This document shows, piece after piece, positions 1 through 10,577 of a stretch of 64,000 nt of DNA. The stretch spans positions 62,001 to 126,000 of IMG/VR virus record IMGVR_UViG_3300009177_000028. One strand, written 5' to 3'. How positions within the stretch are numbered: the stretch's first letter is position 1; every line of letters begins with the position of its first letter. The notes under the pieces are model-generated. The model saw only the letters and a program-made list of their open reading frames with translations. It was not told where the DNA came from and did no database searches. The position numbers and the translations under genes are program-made.

Positions 1-1
1 G

Positions 2-3000
2 TATAATTTTGCCGTCACAAGACTGTCTGACTCGGCAGCCCTTTGGAGCGGCAGCTTATCCAATGTGGTTACTGGCGATCAAGTTAAGCTACTATTGACT
101 ACTGGATCTCCATCAGTCGGAGACCAGGTTGTTATTGACTATACACTTACAATTAATAACTTCTCACAAATTGTCATCGACTACAATAAGGGTGATTACT
201 TTATTGATTATACTTACTTGGCCGATGAAATCATTGTTAGTTATGAGTACGGCGATAACGTATTAGATTTCAGACACAATAGAAATCTACCAGCCAATTC
301 AGAATACTATGTTTCATATAAGGCCGGGGCTTTAAGAGACGCTTTGTTAAAGAATTTTGGTACCTTGGTAAACGTTCCAGAGCTAGCAACATTTGATGTT
401 GACTTTAACCGTGAACGTTATCGCGATGCATTAACGGCCGCCCTTACATCATTCATTCAGGGGCCAACCGTTACGGCTATCAAAAATATCGGTAAAACCA
501 TTTCTCATATTGAGCCAGAAGTAATTGAATCGGCCTTCTTGAATTGGTCTTTGGGAAGTAGCTTGCTTTACCCAGAATCAGTTACTACTACAGGCGCCTA
601 TCAGCTACTACCGGGCAAGTTTGGTAACGGCGCACTTGTTAACTCTTCAGATCAAAGTATTAAGTTTCCAGTTAACTCTAACCTAAGACTAGAAGAAGGA
701 ACTTTTGAAACATGGATTGTTCCACAATGGGATGGTTTAGATAACGATACTAGATTGACCTTCACAGTTCTTAAAGACGGATATGCTATTGCCCCAAACA
801 ATATCTTTATTGGAGCCGCTGAGTATCACCCAGATAGTAATGTTTTCTCTATAGACAAAAGAGGTAACGTAGGTGGCACCCCAAATACCAATAAAGATGG
901 TGTCTTTATTTATTACGATAAGGATATCTCTGGAAGCTTCTTCCGTTGGTATGTTGAAGTCATAGACGGATACGTTAGCCCAGGTAGTTCAACCTATCAA
1001 TTCACAATCTCATCAACTGGTAGCTTCTACGACAGTAAGAGTATGGTTCTACCAAAGCCATCTAACCTAAGCATCTTTACGGGCGCTAGTAGCCTTAGAT
1101 TCACTATTACTGGAGGTTCTGGCGGTATTGATGAGGGAGTTACCTTCGTTTCAGATACCGAACATTATCTATTGGATTTTGGAGAGACTCCATCTAAAAA
1201 TAGATTATCCATTTACAAAGATGTAAGTGGATACATGAACTTCCGTGTATTTGACCGTGAAAAGGCCGCCTCTGTTGTTAGCGCCGATGTCTCTGCCTGG
1301 CATGCTGGAGAGGCTCACCACGTAGCCGCTTCTTGGAAACTAAATACTATTAACGGACGAGATGAAATGCATCTCTTCATCGATGGATTTGAAGTTCCAA
1401 ATATTATTAAGTATGGGCAAAAGCTTCAACCATATCTTCATGAGAAATTTAGAACTGTCAACCCAGAAGAAATTGTAGGTTTGGTTGATCGTGACATTGT
1501 AGCTTCTGTCGATCTTCAGACAATTGCGGGCAACAATACAGTTACCTCTAGCCTTAATTTCAATACATATCAAATTTTCCCAGGAGATACAATCTTTATT
1601 GATGAGGTTGGTTTCTCTTTAACTGGCTATACAATTACTGGAGTTAGCGGGCAAACGTTAACTCTAAGCGCAAGTATGCCGGTTACTATGTCAAGCGGTC
1701 ACTTCTCAATTAATAGAACATCATTTACTGTTACTTCAGATATCGATGTCGCTCCAAATATTGCCGTTACTACCATCCATGCTTTGGTAGATGGATATTT
1801 GAATGGCACTGATATGTCAGGAAGTCTTGGCGGTAATACCGTTACCTCAGCCGGCTCCAATTTCGTAGCTGCTGGCGTTCTACCAGGTTACTTAGTTAGA
1901 ATTGATAATAACTCTTTGGACACTGCATATACCATTTTGTCGGTTGCAGCAAATACATTGACTATTAACACTACACTACCTATCAATTTCACGGGACAGA
2001 GTTTCCAGATTTACTCTAATGAAGAAGAGGAGATCCCAGGCGTCCGAGCCATTCGCCCAGCTTACTCAATCTTTAAGGATGGTTACTTTAATAACATTTT
2101 AACTATTTCAAATGATGTATATGCTAAGGATTTAATCCTAGTAAGAACATTAGGGTTAAACCATAGAAAAGTTAAGAGACAATATTATGTTTGGAGTACC
2201 GGTCAGGAAAACATTCTAATGACCAAGCTGCCACCTCCAATTTCTTTGGATGAAGCAACCATTAGAAAAGTAATCTTACCTTCCAGCCTAGTCGGCCCGT
2301 CTAACTCTACTCTTTCATTAGGAGTATTTACCTCCCCTAATTTCCCAGGAGTATGGTGCTCTAATTCTCAGTATGGAAGAACTCTAAGTGTTAATGTTGC
2401 AGGAAACAATGTAGATTTCTCTACGCCAGTTCAAGTAACTATTAATGGGCAAGTAGGCATCAATACTATTAATGAAACCATTTCTTTCACTGACTATGGT
2501 ATTAAAGATACGGTTAACCAATTTATCAAAGTAAATTATGTTAACGTAGTAGTTAAGCCAATTGTCAGCACTAAAAATGCACTTACCGTTGATGTAAAAG
2601 AAAAGTACACTATTACTTACAGTGAGTCTAGCGGAGAGGTACCAGTAGTTCGTTTCAGCTATCATATTGGTGGCGGCTATGGTCTTTATCAGGTCGGCAC
2701 TAATGCTGTTAGAGATGATAGCTTCTTGTTTAGCAATTTAGATAATACCAACTACCTAATAATTCACACCCCTGCTTCTGTAGCTGGATACTATCAGATT
2801 ACTGGTTTGTCTGAGGATAGACATACCATTTATGTTAACCCAACAACCGCAGCTACCACTTTACCCCTTCCAAGCTTTAGCAATGGAACATATCAAGTAC
2901 TTAACGTAAACTCTTACAGAAGCGGTTTGCAGAACGGGTACTTTACTTTCGAGGCCGCCAAGCTACCTTCTCAAGCCTATTTCCTTAGCCAAGGATTCTA

Positions 3001-4678
3001 TGAGCTAGAATACTTTACTTATACTAGTATCAAGTTTGATCCGGTTAATAGTAAAGCCTACTTGGGTACTGATTTTCATGGCCATCACCAGCTTAATGGT
3101 ATCATTGATCAAGTTAAGATCTATTCAAATATGTTGACGGACACTCGTATTGGTGAAACTATTCCAGCCAATCAACGATCTATTACAAAAGATTTTAACT
3201 CATTGAAGCCATTGGTAGTTGACAGTAATACTTTGGTCTTAATTGACTTTGATAGTTATCCATTTACTAATAGCGCCAATTACTATATTAATACTAATAA
3301 GAGTAAGGAACATTTCCAGTCTTCAGTAGTTATTAATGAAACTTTTGGAAATAGTTTGGTTATTCTAGATAAGCCAGTTCATTTAGAGAACAATGGTATT
3401 TTAGATACGCAGAAAGAAGGCACCATTGAATTCTGGGTCAACCCATTATTTGACACGGCCAATGACCCAACCGAGAAGTTCTACTTTGATGCTTTTGGAG
3501 CTGTGGTGACAGAAGCCGTAAGCGTCAATAGCACAGCAGTTAAAATTTCTGCCCCCGTCAGTCGAATTTTAAGCGTCAAGCTAAAGAGCGGTGACCCTCG
3601 CATCGATTACTTCGCAGGTGGAAAGATAGAAATTGATACCCAACACGCCACCCAAGAAGAAGTGACTAGTATCGGTACAGGAAGCGCTATTGTTACCAAA
3701 CCAATCTTACAGGTAGTAACAGTCAAGGTAGTAGGTGATTTTGTTGGCACTGATTATTTTGATGGTGGCTCTATTGGTAGTGATTTGAAAACTATCTATT
3801 TAGGCAGACCATTACCAGCCAGCAATTTACCATTAGTTGTTACCTATCAGACAACAGAAAACAAGAACGTTACCTTAAATACTCAAGTAATTAGGTTAAA
3901 TAAGAAACTACCATATCAGAACTCCCATGTTGTAGTTAACTACATTCCTAAGGGTCTTCAGGGAGATAGAATCTCTATCTTCAAAGATAGGGTGGGCTAC
4001 ATCAATTTTGCCATCTTTGCCTCAGGCACCAACTATGTGGTTAGGGCTCCAACTCGCTGGGCCAGAAACACTTGGCACAGAGTTAAGGCCAGCTACAAGA
4101 TCAATGGTGGAATTGGCGCCGATGAAATGAGATTGTTCTTAGACGGCTATGAGTATACGGATGTAACCTTTGGTTCTGGTACCGTATTCGGGCAGTATCC
4201 ATTTGTCTGGGGCTCAGCCATGCCGGGCGATGTTCCAGGAACTGACGGATATGGTTTGATGGAAACCATTAAATTCAAAGACTCAATCAATGATTTGTAC
4301 ATTGGGTCCGAGTTTTCTGGTCAATCCCCAATTTTTAGCTTAATAGATAATTTTAGAATCAGCAATGTTTCTAGACCTATCTATGCTCCATATGGAGAGC
4401 CAATAGACATCAACTTTAGTACCAATTTGAGCACCGTCATCCCAGTTACTCAGGACTTGTTCACTACATATCTAAGTGATTTCGATGAAATAATCTCTCT
4501 AAACGATGATTTTGCTATCTTAAAGAACAGGAAAACAGGACTATTTGATTTTTCAGTTAATATTTTAGATTCTTTTGGTATAGTAAAAGATAACATTAAG
4601 AGTCAAGAAGCATTAGAGAAGCTAATAAAGGTACTCAAGCCTGCTAACTCTAGGGTATTTATCCAGTATATTAGGTGA
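2..4678 (+). CDS. 5'-truncated giant baseplate-wedge/tail protein with LamG (concanavalin A-like) domains
   Basis: The frame is open from base 2 (YNFAVTRL...), so the GTG at 65 is not the true start. LamG-type motifs: EGTFETWIVP...HHVAASW...MHLFIDG...GIIDQVKIY and EGTIEFWVNP...WHRVKASY...MRLFLDG...IDNFRISN. The N-part RYRDALTAALTSFIQGPTVTAIK and C-terminal LEKLIKVLKPANSRVFIQY resemble P2 gpI/Mu gp48-type wedge motifs. Confidence 0.7.
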   Translation, partial: YNFAVTRLSDSAALWSGSLSNVVTGDQVKLLLTTGSPSVGDQVVIDYTLTINNFSQIVIDYNKGDYFIDYTYLADEIIVSYEYGDNVLDFRHNRNLPANSEYYVSYKAGALRDALLKNFGTLVNVPELATFDVDFNRERYRDALTAALTSFIQGPTVTAIKNIGKTISHIEPEVIESAFLNWSLGSSLLYPESVTTTGAYQLLPGKFGNGALVNSSDQSIKFPVNSNLRLEEGTFETWIVPQWDGLDNDTRLTFTVLKDGYAIAPNNIFIGAAEYHPDSNVFSIDKRGNVGGTPNTNKDGVFIYYDKDISGSFFRWYVEVIDGYVSPGSSTYQFTISSTGSFYDSKSMVLPKPSNLSIFTGASSLRFTITGGSGGIDEGVTFVSDTEHYLLDFGETPSKNRLSIYKDVSGYMNFRVFDREKAASVVSADVSAWHAGEAHHVAASWKLNTINGRDEMHLFIDGFEVPNIIKYGQKLQPYLHEKFRTVNPEEIVGLVDRDIVASVDLQTIAGNNTVTSSLNFNTYQIFPGDTIFIDEVGFSLTGYTITGVSGQTLTLSASMPVTMSSGHFSINRTSFTVTSDIDVAPNIAVTTIHALVDGYLNGTDMSGSLGGNTVTSAGSNFVAAGVLPGYLVRIDNNSLDTAYTILSVAANTLTINTTLPINFTGQSFQIYSNEEEEIPGVRAIRPAYSIFKDGYFNNILTISNDVYAKDLILVRTLGLNHRKVKRQYYVWSTGQENILMTKLPPPISLDEATIRKVILPSSLVGPSNSTLSLGVFTSPNFPGVWCSNSQYGRTLSVNVAGNNVDFSTPVQVTINGQVGINTINETISFTDYGIKDTVNQFIKVNYVNVVVKPIVSTKNALTVDVKEKYTITYSESSGEVPVVRFSYHIGGGYGLYQVGTNAVRDDSFLFSNLDNTNYLIIHTPASVAGYYQITGLSEDRHTIYVNPTTAATTLPLPSFSNGTYQVLNVNSYRSGLQNGYFTFEAAKLPSQAYFLSQGFYELEYFTYTSIKFDPVNSKAYLGTDFHGHHQLNGIIDQVKIYSNMLTDTRIGETIPANQRSITKDFNSLKPLVVDSNTLVLIDFDSYPFTNSANYYINTNKSKEHFQSSVVINETFGNSLVILDKPVHLENNGILDTQKEGTIEFWVNPLFDTANDPTEKFYFDAFGAVVTEAVSVNSTAVKISAPVSRILSVKLKSGDPRIDYFAGGKIEIDTQHATQEEVTSIGTGSAIVTKPILQVVTVKVVGDFVGTDYFDGGSIGSDLKTIYLGRPLPASNLPLVVTYQTTENKNVTLNTQVIRLNKKLPYQNSHVVVNYIPKGLQGDRISIFKDRVGYINFAIFASGTNYVVRAPTRWARNTWHRVKASYKINGGIGADEMRLFLDGYEYTDVTFGSGTVFGQYPFVWGSAMPGDVPGTDGYGLMETIKFKDSINDLYIGSEFSGQSPIFSLIDNFRISNVSRPIYAPYGEPIDINFSTNLSTVIPVTQDLFTTYLSDFDEIISLNDDFAILKNRKTGLFDFSVNILDSFGIVKDNIKSQEALEKLIKVLKPANSRVFIQYIR
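4642..4658 (+). promoter_or_regulatory. Candidate phage late promoter T(A/G)CTAA-N6-RGYAT
   Basis: TGCTAA-CTCTAG-GGTAT lies inside the 3' end of the upstream gene, ending 29 nt before the ATG at 4687, the same spacing as the copy at 30471. Confidence 0.4.
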
Positions 4679-4686
4679 GATAGAAT

Positions 4687-7600
4687 ATGACCAAACGCAC
4701 CCCCGTATCTGCCCAAAAGAATATTTGGTTCGATGCCCAACAGGTAGACGACTCAGACTTAACTTTAGAGCAAGATTTTAACGATACAGTTGAATCTGCC
4801 ACCATCAATAACCATGTTGGTACTGGTGTACTTCCAGAAGTTTTGGTTCAAAATGTGTTGTTTGACTCGGAGGATGTACAGGGTTTCTTGGACGGATTGG
4901 CCATTTCCCCTCAAAGTCAGCCAGCCGACAATAATCTAGGAAATCAACTAGAAATCACCCTAACTGGCTCACTAGCCGCTAGCCGCAAGGCAGTCAAGGT
5001 GGCCGTTATTGGTTTAGATTTCCAAAGCAATTTACAATACGAGACCTTTACTTTTAGGACTAATGAAGTTCAAGTTGGTCGTAAACACTTTGCCAAGCTT
5101 TTAGTTCTTCTATTTAACGATTTTATTGGCGACCCAGACTTATCCCTTAATTTGGGCGGTCATTTGGTTATCAGAGAAGCTCGCCCAATGTCTCTTTCCC
5201 GTGCCCCTATCATGGCTGCCCAGGACCAAGAGCCTAATCTATTTTTCAGAGACTTTTTTATTGATGGGTTTAGTACTTTAACCTCTCTACTTCAAAACGC
5301 ATTACCACTTTACAATATTGATGCGCTTGATCTTAGAACGGGTGATGTTGATAAGAAAATTTTACTTAATGGCGATGTAACTACCCAGATTGGTGAAAAG
5401 TTTTTAGCCACCACCAATAATATTCAGAAAATCACTTTACTTCTTTCTGTAAGAAACACTGAAGTTGGTTCGGAAACTGACCTTACTTGGAACGGCGACA
5501 TTATTCTAAGCATCTACCCACTTCAATCTAGCGTAGATTGTCCCGGTGATATTGCGCCAACTCTTCCAATTGACTTCTCTCCATCTAATATCCCTGTAGC
5601 TCAGGTAAGCACCAACTATGCTACCCTACTAGCTTCTGGTATTGTATTGGATTCTGTGCCACAACCTATTGACTTTGTCTTCAGTAATAGTCCAGTAGCG
5701 GGCGGCAACGTTCTTGAAACCGGAACCTACTATGCCTTAGCTCTTAAGAGAAGCGGTTCAGCCAATAAGTGCGATATTCTAATCGATGTTGGTAGCGCGC
5801 TAACAGAAGAATCAAGACTTACCACCTTTACCGGATCACTTTGGATTGATATCCTAGATGAGCAACTTTGGTTCCAGATTTGGACCGATGCAGCTAAGGT
5901 CTCAGATGGGCAGGCTTATGAGTCAGGTCATGGAATTATTGTTCCTAAGACCATTCAAGATTCATCTACTTTAACTACGACTGATTATTGTAAAGATGGA
6001 ATTCAGTTCGTAGGCAATAGCGTTTATCGTGCCGTTGTATCTGCCGTTACCGAAGAGAGCGTTCCTGTTCCAGATCAAAGAACTGGCAATCCAGTCTTGA
6101 CTCGTCAGCAATTCGTTCCTGATATCCAATTACTTAACAATATTGATATTGCCAATCTAGAGGTTGCCTCCGAACCGCTAATGTTAGGGGCAATTGCAGA
6201 TAAAAACAGAAAATTCTTTGATGCATTCTCCTCATTAATAAGTGCCAAGCTTTACAGCGCAACATTTGTTCAGGATGAATTGATTATTAAAATTATTGAT
6301 GATCCAACGGATACTACTCGTTACGATACATCTGTTGTAAGCTTGCAGAGCAATCTATTAAATGGTGATTTTATTGGTGCCAAGATTACACCTAATGCTA
6401 ATAACTCTACTATTGTTTACAGGATCGCTGACGCAAAGCTATGCACCTATATTTTAGGCGATGTTGACGGAGACGGCCTTATCACATTAGAGGATTTAGA
6501 TCTTCTAAACTCTTATTTGAATGTCGACTTAACTACAGGATTAGCGCTTAACAGTGTTGTTGTAACTGATGGTATTACTACTACTTATTCTAATGGTTAT
6601 CTAAATAAGATTCAACCATTCACCAATTTATTTAGCGTAGAATTCCAGCTTATTGACTCTGATGGTTATGTGGTTGCTTCCGGTACTGACGGAGTAATGA
6701 TTGCTAATCCAAATGATGAGCGTTTGGCCCAGTTTACCAGCGCTACAGTTTCCTTTAGTACTATCGTAGGTCTCAGTTCTTATACATTTATTATTAATGC
6801 ACCTGGCAACGATGCTAATCATGGTGGATTTGAAATCGTTAGCGTAGATTCTACTAGTGACGTTATTACTATTAGAAAAGTAATATTGAGTGGAGATTCC
6901 ATTAGTCAAATGCTTAGAGCAGATATTGACGGAGATTTCCATATCACTAATATCGATGGTTATTTACTACAAGAATATATTGATCGTGCAGTTTTAACTA
7001 CATCTCCAACAACCGTTTATCCGGCCCCATCTACCAACCCTTATACTAAGATTGGTAATACCTTCAATGTAATTAGATTCAAACTAGAACAATTCGTTGA
7101 TAGAACGGACGACTATACTTCTGTAGGCAGCGGAAGATCGGATGCAGTCCATCCGCGCCCAGATATGTTCATTGGAGATGGCTACTTCTCTAATCACGAC
7201 TTCGTAGCATCTCCAGTTCCTATTTTAATTCAAAAGCAATTGACTTGGGACGAATCGTTAATCGTAACGAATAACCATCCAAAATTGGTTCCAAGTATTT
7301 TCACCACCTTAACTGGCTTCGAAAAGAATGAATGTGAGTTAGATGGCATTAGCTGTAGCGTATATGGAATACCACCTGATTTTGATCCAGGTCGAGTAGA
7401 CTTCTTTGTACCAAATAATTTGATTATTGGTGAGGGCGGTGAAATTCAGAGACCAGACGGATATTTCTATAAGGTAGACTTCGAAGTAGGAACTATCGTA
7501 CTAGAAATTCCAGATGGATTGTTTGGGTCCGAAAGAACCATTAACATCCTTGATGATTTTATTTCTGACTACACTGGTCATGGCGTTACTCGTCTTGGCT

Positions 7601-8703
7601 TCCCAGCTATGAGATTTGCAGATTGCAGTTTCGTTCAAGCTGATGCATTAGCCAAAGACCAACTAAGATTCTCAGTATCTGTACAGTCATTTTCTCCAAA
7701 TACCAATGGATTAGATATTGACGGTTACGCTGGAGTTATCGTAGATGGTAAGATGGGTGTTTCTGTCGACTATGCTACCGGTTTATTGACTTTGAACTTT
7801 ACTAACCTATACCAAGATGCTGTTCTAGAAACTTTGAGTACCAAGGTTCAGGTCCATGTCTTCTTAAAGAAGGGTGGATTTAACAACAGACCACTATTCA
7901 TCGACTCAACTAAAGTTCAGAACATGTTGAAGCTGATCAGTGTCTTTAGCGGCGCCAATGTTGGAGGCCCATCCGCTCTAGTTCAACTAGAGGCAGATGT
8001 AAGTGGCATCTTACCTATCATCCACGGTGGTACTGGTCTAGATGCAGTTGGCCCATTCGGTACAGTCCTTACCAGCAATGGTAGCGGACTTAGTTACCAA
8101 TTCGTTAACAGTCTTCTAAACGTTATCTCATTCTCAACTGGAATTGCCTCTGCTGATAGAGTACCAAAAACAGATGGTTATGGATTCTTAGACCCAAGTT
8201 TCTACTACAAGAACCCAGTTTATATTTCCGCTGTGGCTGGAACATATTCCCATGACGGATACACGCCATCTACTATTGGTGCCTTCATGTTTAGGTTTGA
8301 TAATTATATTCTAGAAGGACTTGAGAGTATTAAATTAGAGTGCATTCTAGAGAGCACGAATGCTGCCAATACGGCGGGCATTCAGTTGTTCAACGTAAAT
8401 ACACATACCTACTTGAACTTAACCGGACCAAGTGCAGCTTTGACTACAACCAACGTCTCCGCAACCTTCTTGACATCCCAAGATATTAAGACTCAACTTT
8501 CTGCTGGTGCCACTAACTTCATTTATGAAATTCATTTGAACCTAAGTCCATCAGCTCCTGGTACTGATACCGCTATTTGCAAAATGGCTAGATTAGTAAT
8601 GACTTACAATAATCTAACCTTGAACGGATCCAGTGCAATTGCACCTCCAACGTCTCATAGCTACAACTTTGTACCGTTCTTGCCATCCCCAACCCCATCC
8701 TAA
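4687..8703 (+). CDS. Large virion/tail-associated protein with two dockerin-like EF-hand repeats
   Basis: 1338 aa. N-terminal WFDAQQVDDSDLTLEQ resembles phage tail-protein starts. Contains LGDVDGDGLITLEDLDLLNSYL and RADIDGDFHITNIDGYLLQEYI, plus the fibre motif LPIIHGGTG. Confidence 0.6.
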   Translation: MTKRTPVSAQKNIWFDAQQVDDSDLTLEQDFNDTVESATINNHVGTGVLPEVLVQNVLFDSEDVQGFLDGLAISPQSQPADNNLGNQLEITLTGSLAASRKAVKVAVIGLDFQSNLQYETFTFRTNEVQVGRKHFAKLLVLLFNDFIGDPDLSLNLGGHLVIREARPMSLSRAPIMAAQDQEPNLFFRDFFIDGFSTLTSLLQNALPLYNIDALDLRTGDVDKKILLNGDVTTQIGEKFLATTNNIQKITLLLSVRNTEVGSETDLTWNGDIILSIYPLQSSVDCPGDIAPTLPIDFSPSNIPVAQVSTNYATLLASGIVLDSVPQPIDFVFSNSPVAGGNVLETGTYYALALKRSGSANKCDILIDVGSALTEESRLTTFTGSLWIDILDEQLWFQIWTDAAKVSDGQAYESGHGIIVPKTIQDSSTLTTTDYCKDGIQFVGNSVYRAVVSAVTEESVPVPDQRTGNPVLTRQQFVPDIQLLNNIDIANLEVASEPLMLGAIADKNRKFFDAFSSLISAKLYSATFVQDELIIKIIDDPTDTTRYDTSVVSLQSNLLNGDFIGAKITPNANNSTIVYRIADAKLCTYILGDVDGDGLITLEDLDLLNSYLNVDLTTGLALNSVVVTDGITTTYSNGYLNKIQPFTNLFSVEFQLIDSDGYVVASGTDGVMIANPNDERLAQFTSATVSFSTIVGLSSYTFIINAPGNDANHGGFEIVSVDSTSDVITIRKVILSGDSISQMLRADIDGDFHITNIDGYLLQEYIDRAVLTTSPTTVYPAPSTNPYTKIGNTFNVIRFKLEQFVDRTDDYTSVGSGRSDAVHPRPDMFIGDGYFSNHDFVASPVPILIQKQLTWDESLIVTNNHPKLVPSIFTTLTGFEKNECELDGISCSVYGIPPDFDPGRVDFFVPNNLIIGEGGEIQRPDGYFYKVDFEVGTIVLEIPDGLFGSERTINILDDFISDYTGHGVTRLGFPAMRFADCSFVQADALAKDQLRFSVSVQSFSPNTNGLDIDGYAGVIVDGKMGVSVDYATGLLTLNFTNLYQDAVLETLSTKVQVHVFLKKGGFNNRPLFIDSTKVQNMLKLISVFSGANVGGPSALVQLEADVSGILPIIHGGTGLDAVGPFGTVLTSNGSGLSYQFVNSLLNVISFSTGIASADRVPKTDGYGFLDPSFYYKNPVYISAVAGTYSHDGYTPSTIGAFMFRFDNYILEGLESIKLECILESTNAANTAGIQLFNVNTHTYLNLTGPSAALTTTNVSATFLTSQDIKTQLSAGATNFIYEIHLNLSPSAPGTDTAICKMARLVMTYNNLTLNGSSAIAPPTSHSYNFVPFLPSPTPS

Positions 8704-8715
8704 TGAAATAGGGGC

Positions 8716-8743
8716 TTGACAAGTATTTTTGGCAATTTACATT
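8716..8743 (+). promoter_or_regulatory. Sigma-70-like promoter (TTGACA-16 nt-TACATT)
   Basis: Perfect -35 at 8716-8721 and a TAnnnT -10 at 8738-8743, placed directly after the structural genes and 7 nt before the ATG at 8750. Confidence 0.5.
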
Positions 8744-8749
8744 GCGAGC

Positions 8750-9439
8750 ATGCTTTATTTACGTAAACTTTTAAAGTTACCGAGTCCCGCTGACCTTGGG
8801 TGGTCAGAATACAATGCCTTACCTTCTAGAGAGTGGACGCCCGATTGTGAGGGGCCAACCTGGGAAGACTGGCACGTAGAGGTGAAGAAGCTTCACCCAA
8901 TCAAATACTTCATCGCTGAAACTATGGGCGATTTTCTTCGCTATAAAATTTGGCTGCGATTTACTCGTCCCTTTACTAAGGCGCATTACTGGTTTGTCTC
9001 GCATTTTATCCCGAGCCGCCGCTATCATATGCTCGACCTCAGGCAAGAAGGCGGCTATCGTTATGGCTGGAATGATGTGCCTGAGAAGATGCTTTATGCC
9101 ATGTTCAATTTGCTGGGAGAATATCTCAATAAAGAGGAGCCCCACGATTTAACCCAGTGGCACACACGTGAGGAGATCAATGCTGATGCTGGGCTGAAGG
9201 CTCAGCAGGATGCTATTGATGAAGCCCGTGCTATCTATGAATGGTGGATTGTGGGCAGGAAAACTGAGCAGCATAATCATGACCAAATGCAACATCTGTG
9301 GTGGTCGGCTAAGAAGGATAACCATCCTTTACAGGAAGAATACTGGAAAAAGCTCCGTCAGATGGATGATGACATGGAAACTAAGACTGATGAAATGATT
9401 GCTAGGCTAATGAAAATTAGACGAACTTTATGGACCTGA
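8750..9439 (+). CDS. Hypothetical protein (Trp-rich, helical)
   Basis: The track ORF begins at TTG 8729; the ATG at 8750 after the sigma-70-like promoter is the likelier start. No family recognised. Confidence 0.6.
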   Translation: MLYLRKLLKLPSPADLGWSEYNALPSREWTPDCEGPTWEDWHVEVKKLHPIKYFIAETMGDFLRYKIWLRFTRPFTKAHYWFVSHFIPSRRYHMLDLRQEGGYRYGWNDVPEKMLYAMFNLLGEYLNKEEPHDLTQWHTREEINADAGLKAQQDAIDEARAIYEWWIVGRKTEQHNHDQMQHLWWSAKKDNHPLQEEYWKKLRQMDDDMETKTDEMIARLMKIRRTLWT

Positions 9440-9452
9440 TATAGAAAGGTTC

Positions 9453-10577
9453 ATGAAGATATGTTGGTTTGGATTCCTAGGAAAAAATCATAGTTGGTCA
9501 ATTGTCGCTCAGAACATCTCTAGAGAATTAGTTAAATTAGGACATAAGGTTGATTTATTCTCTACTAATGGAGATTTACATTTCCCCGATGATCTAAGAC
9601 CTTATTTAAAGGGATTTGTTAAAGAGGGCGAACCTATTAGTATAGATATGTTAAACTCTAAACTAGAGGAAACATATGATATGCAATTATCATATACTGC
9701 ATTACGTAATTTCTGTAATTACTTTTTGCGTGGTGATAAGAATAGATTTGGTATTTGGAATTATGAAACTACAGTTCTTCCTAAAGCATTTGCTAAATAT
9801 GCTTTATGTGTAGATAAAGTTTGCCCTTCTTCCAATTTTTCAAAGAAGATTTTCACTGACAATGGAATGCCAGAAGATCGTCAAGCAATGATAGGGCACG
9901 GAATCCACCTTGATCGATTCCAAAATCTAGGTAAGTATCCATTAAAGACTACTAAAAAGTATAAAATACTTTGCAATATCGCGCAACCGCACCTTAGAAA
10001 GAATATTCCAGGTTTACTTAAGACTTGGGGTAAAGCCTTTACTAAGGCAGATGATGTCTGTTTGGTTCTTAAAATTTCTCGAAAGAGCCCTAATCCATTG
10101 TTTGATGTTCCCTTCAATGAGATTTTTAAAGCTTTCAAGGCCGAGTATAAAAATTGCGCTGAGATTGAAATAATCGATACTTTCATTACCGATATTGAAA
10201 CTCTATATAATTCTTGCGATGTAGTTTGGACTATGTCCCATGCAGAGTGTTTCTGGATGCCGGGCTTAGAAGGGTTTGCCGCTAATAAAGTAGTTGTTTC
10301 TCCCCGCTATGGTGGGCAACTTGATTTCATGAATGACGATAATTCAATTCTAATTGATGGTAAATTAATTAGGGCTGATAACCGAATGCAATATTGGGAG
10401 CCCTCTCCTTATGCTGCGGTGTTTGATCCCGACGTTAATCAAGCAGCGGCCAAATTGAAAGATTTGGTTAAGAACTATGACGATTATCTAAAAAAGTTTT
10501 CCCCTAAAATGCAAGAGATTTTGCCGGATTATTCCTGGACAAAAGTAGCTGAAAGGTTCGTGGCCCTATGTCAATGA
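9453..10577 (+). CDS. Glycosyltransferase family 4 (GT-B)
   Basis: N-terminal HSWSIVAQNISRELVKLGHKVDLF, RKNIPGLLKTW, and SHAECFWMPGLEGFAANKVVVSPRYGGQLDF matching the EGFGLPxLEA-type GT4 signature. Confidence 0.85.
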   Translation: MKICWFGFLGKNHSWSIVAQNISRELVKLGHKVDLFSTNGDLHFPDDLRPYLKGFVKEGEPISIDMLNSKLEETYDMQLSYTALRNFCNYFLRGDKNRFGIWNYETTVLPKAFAKYALCVDKVCPSSNFSKKIFTDNGMPEDRQAMIGHGIHLDRFQNLGKYPLKTTKKYKILCNIAQPHLRKNIPGLLKTWGKAFTKADDVCLVLKISRKSPNPLFDVPFNEIFKAFKAEYKNCAEIEIIDTFITDIETLYNSCDVVWTMSHAECFWMPGLEGFAANKVVVSPRYGGQLDFMNDDNSILIDGKLIRADNRMQYWEPSPYAAVFDPDVNQAAAKLKDLVKNYDDYLKKFSPKMQEILPDYSWTKVAERFVALCQ

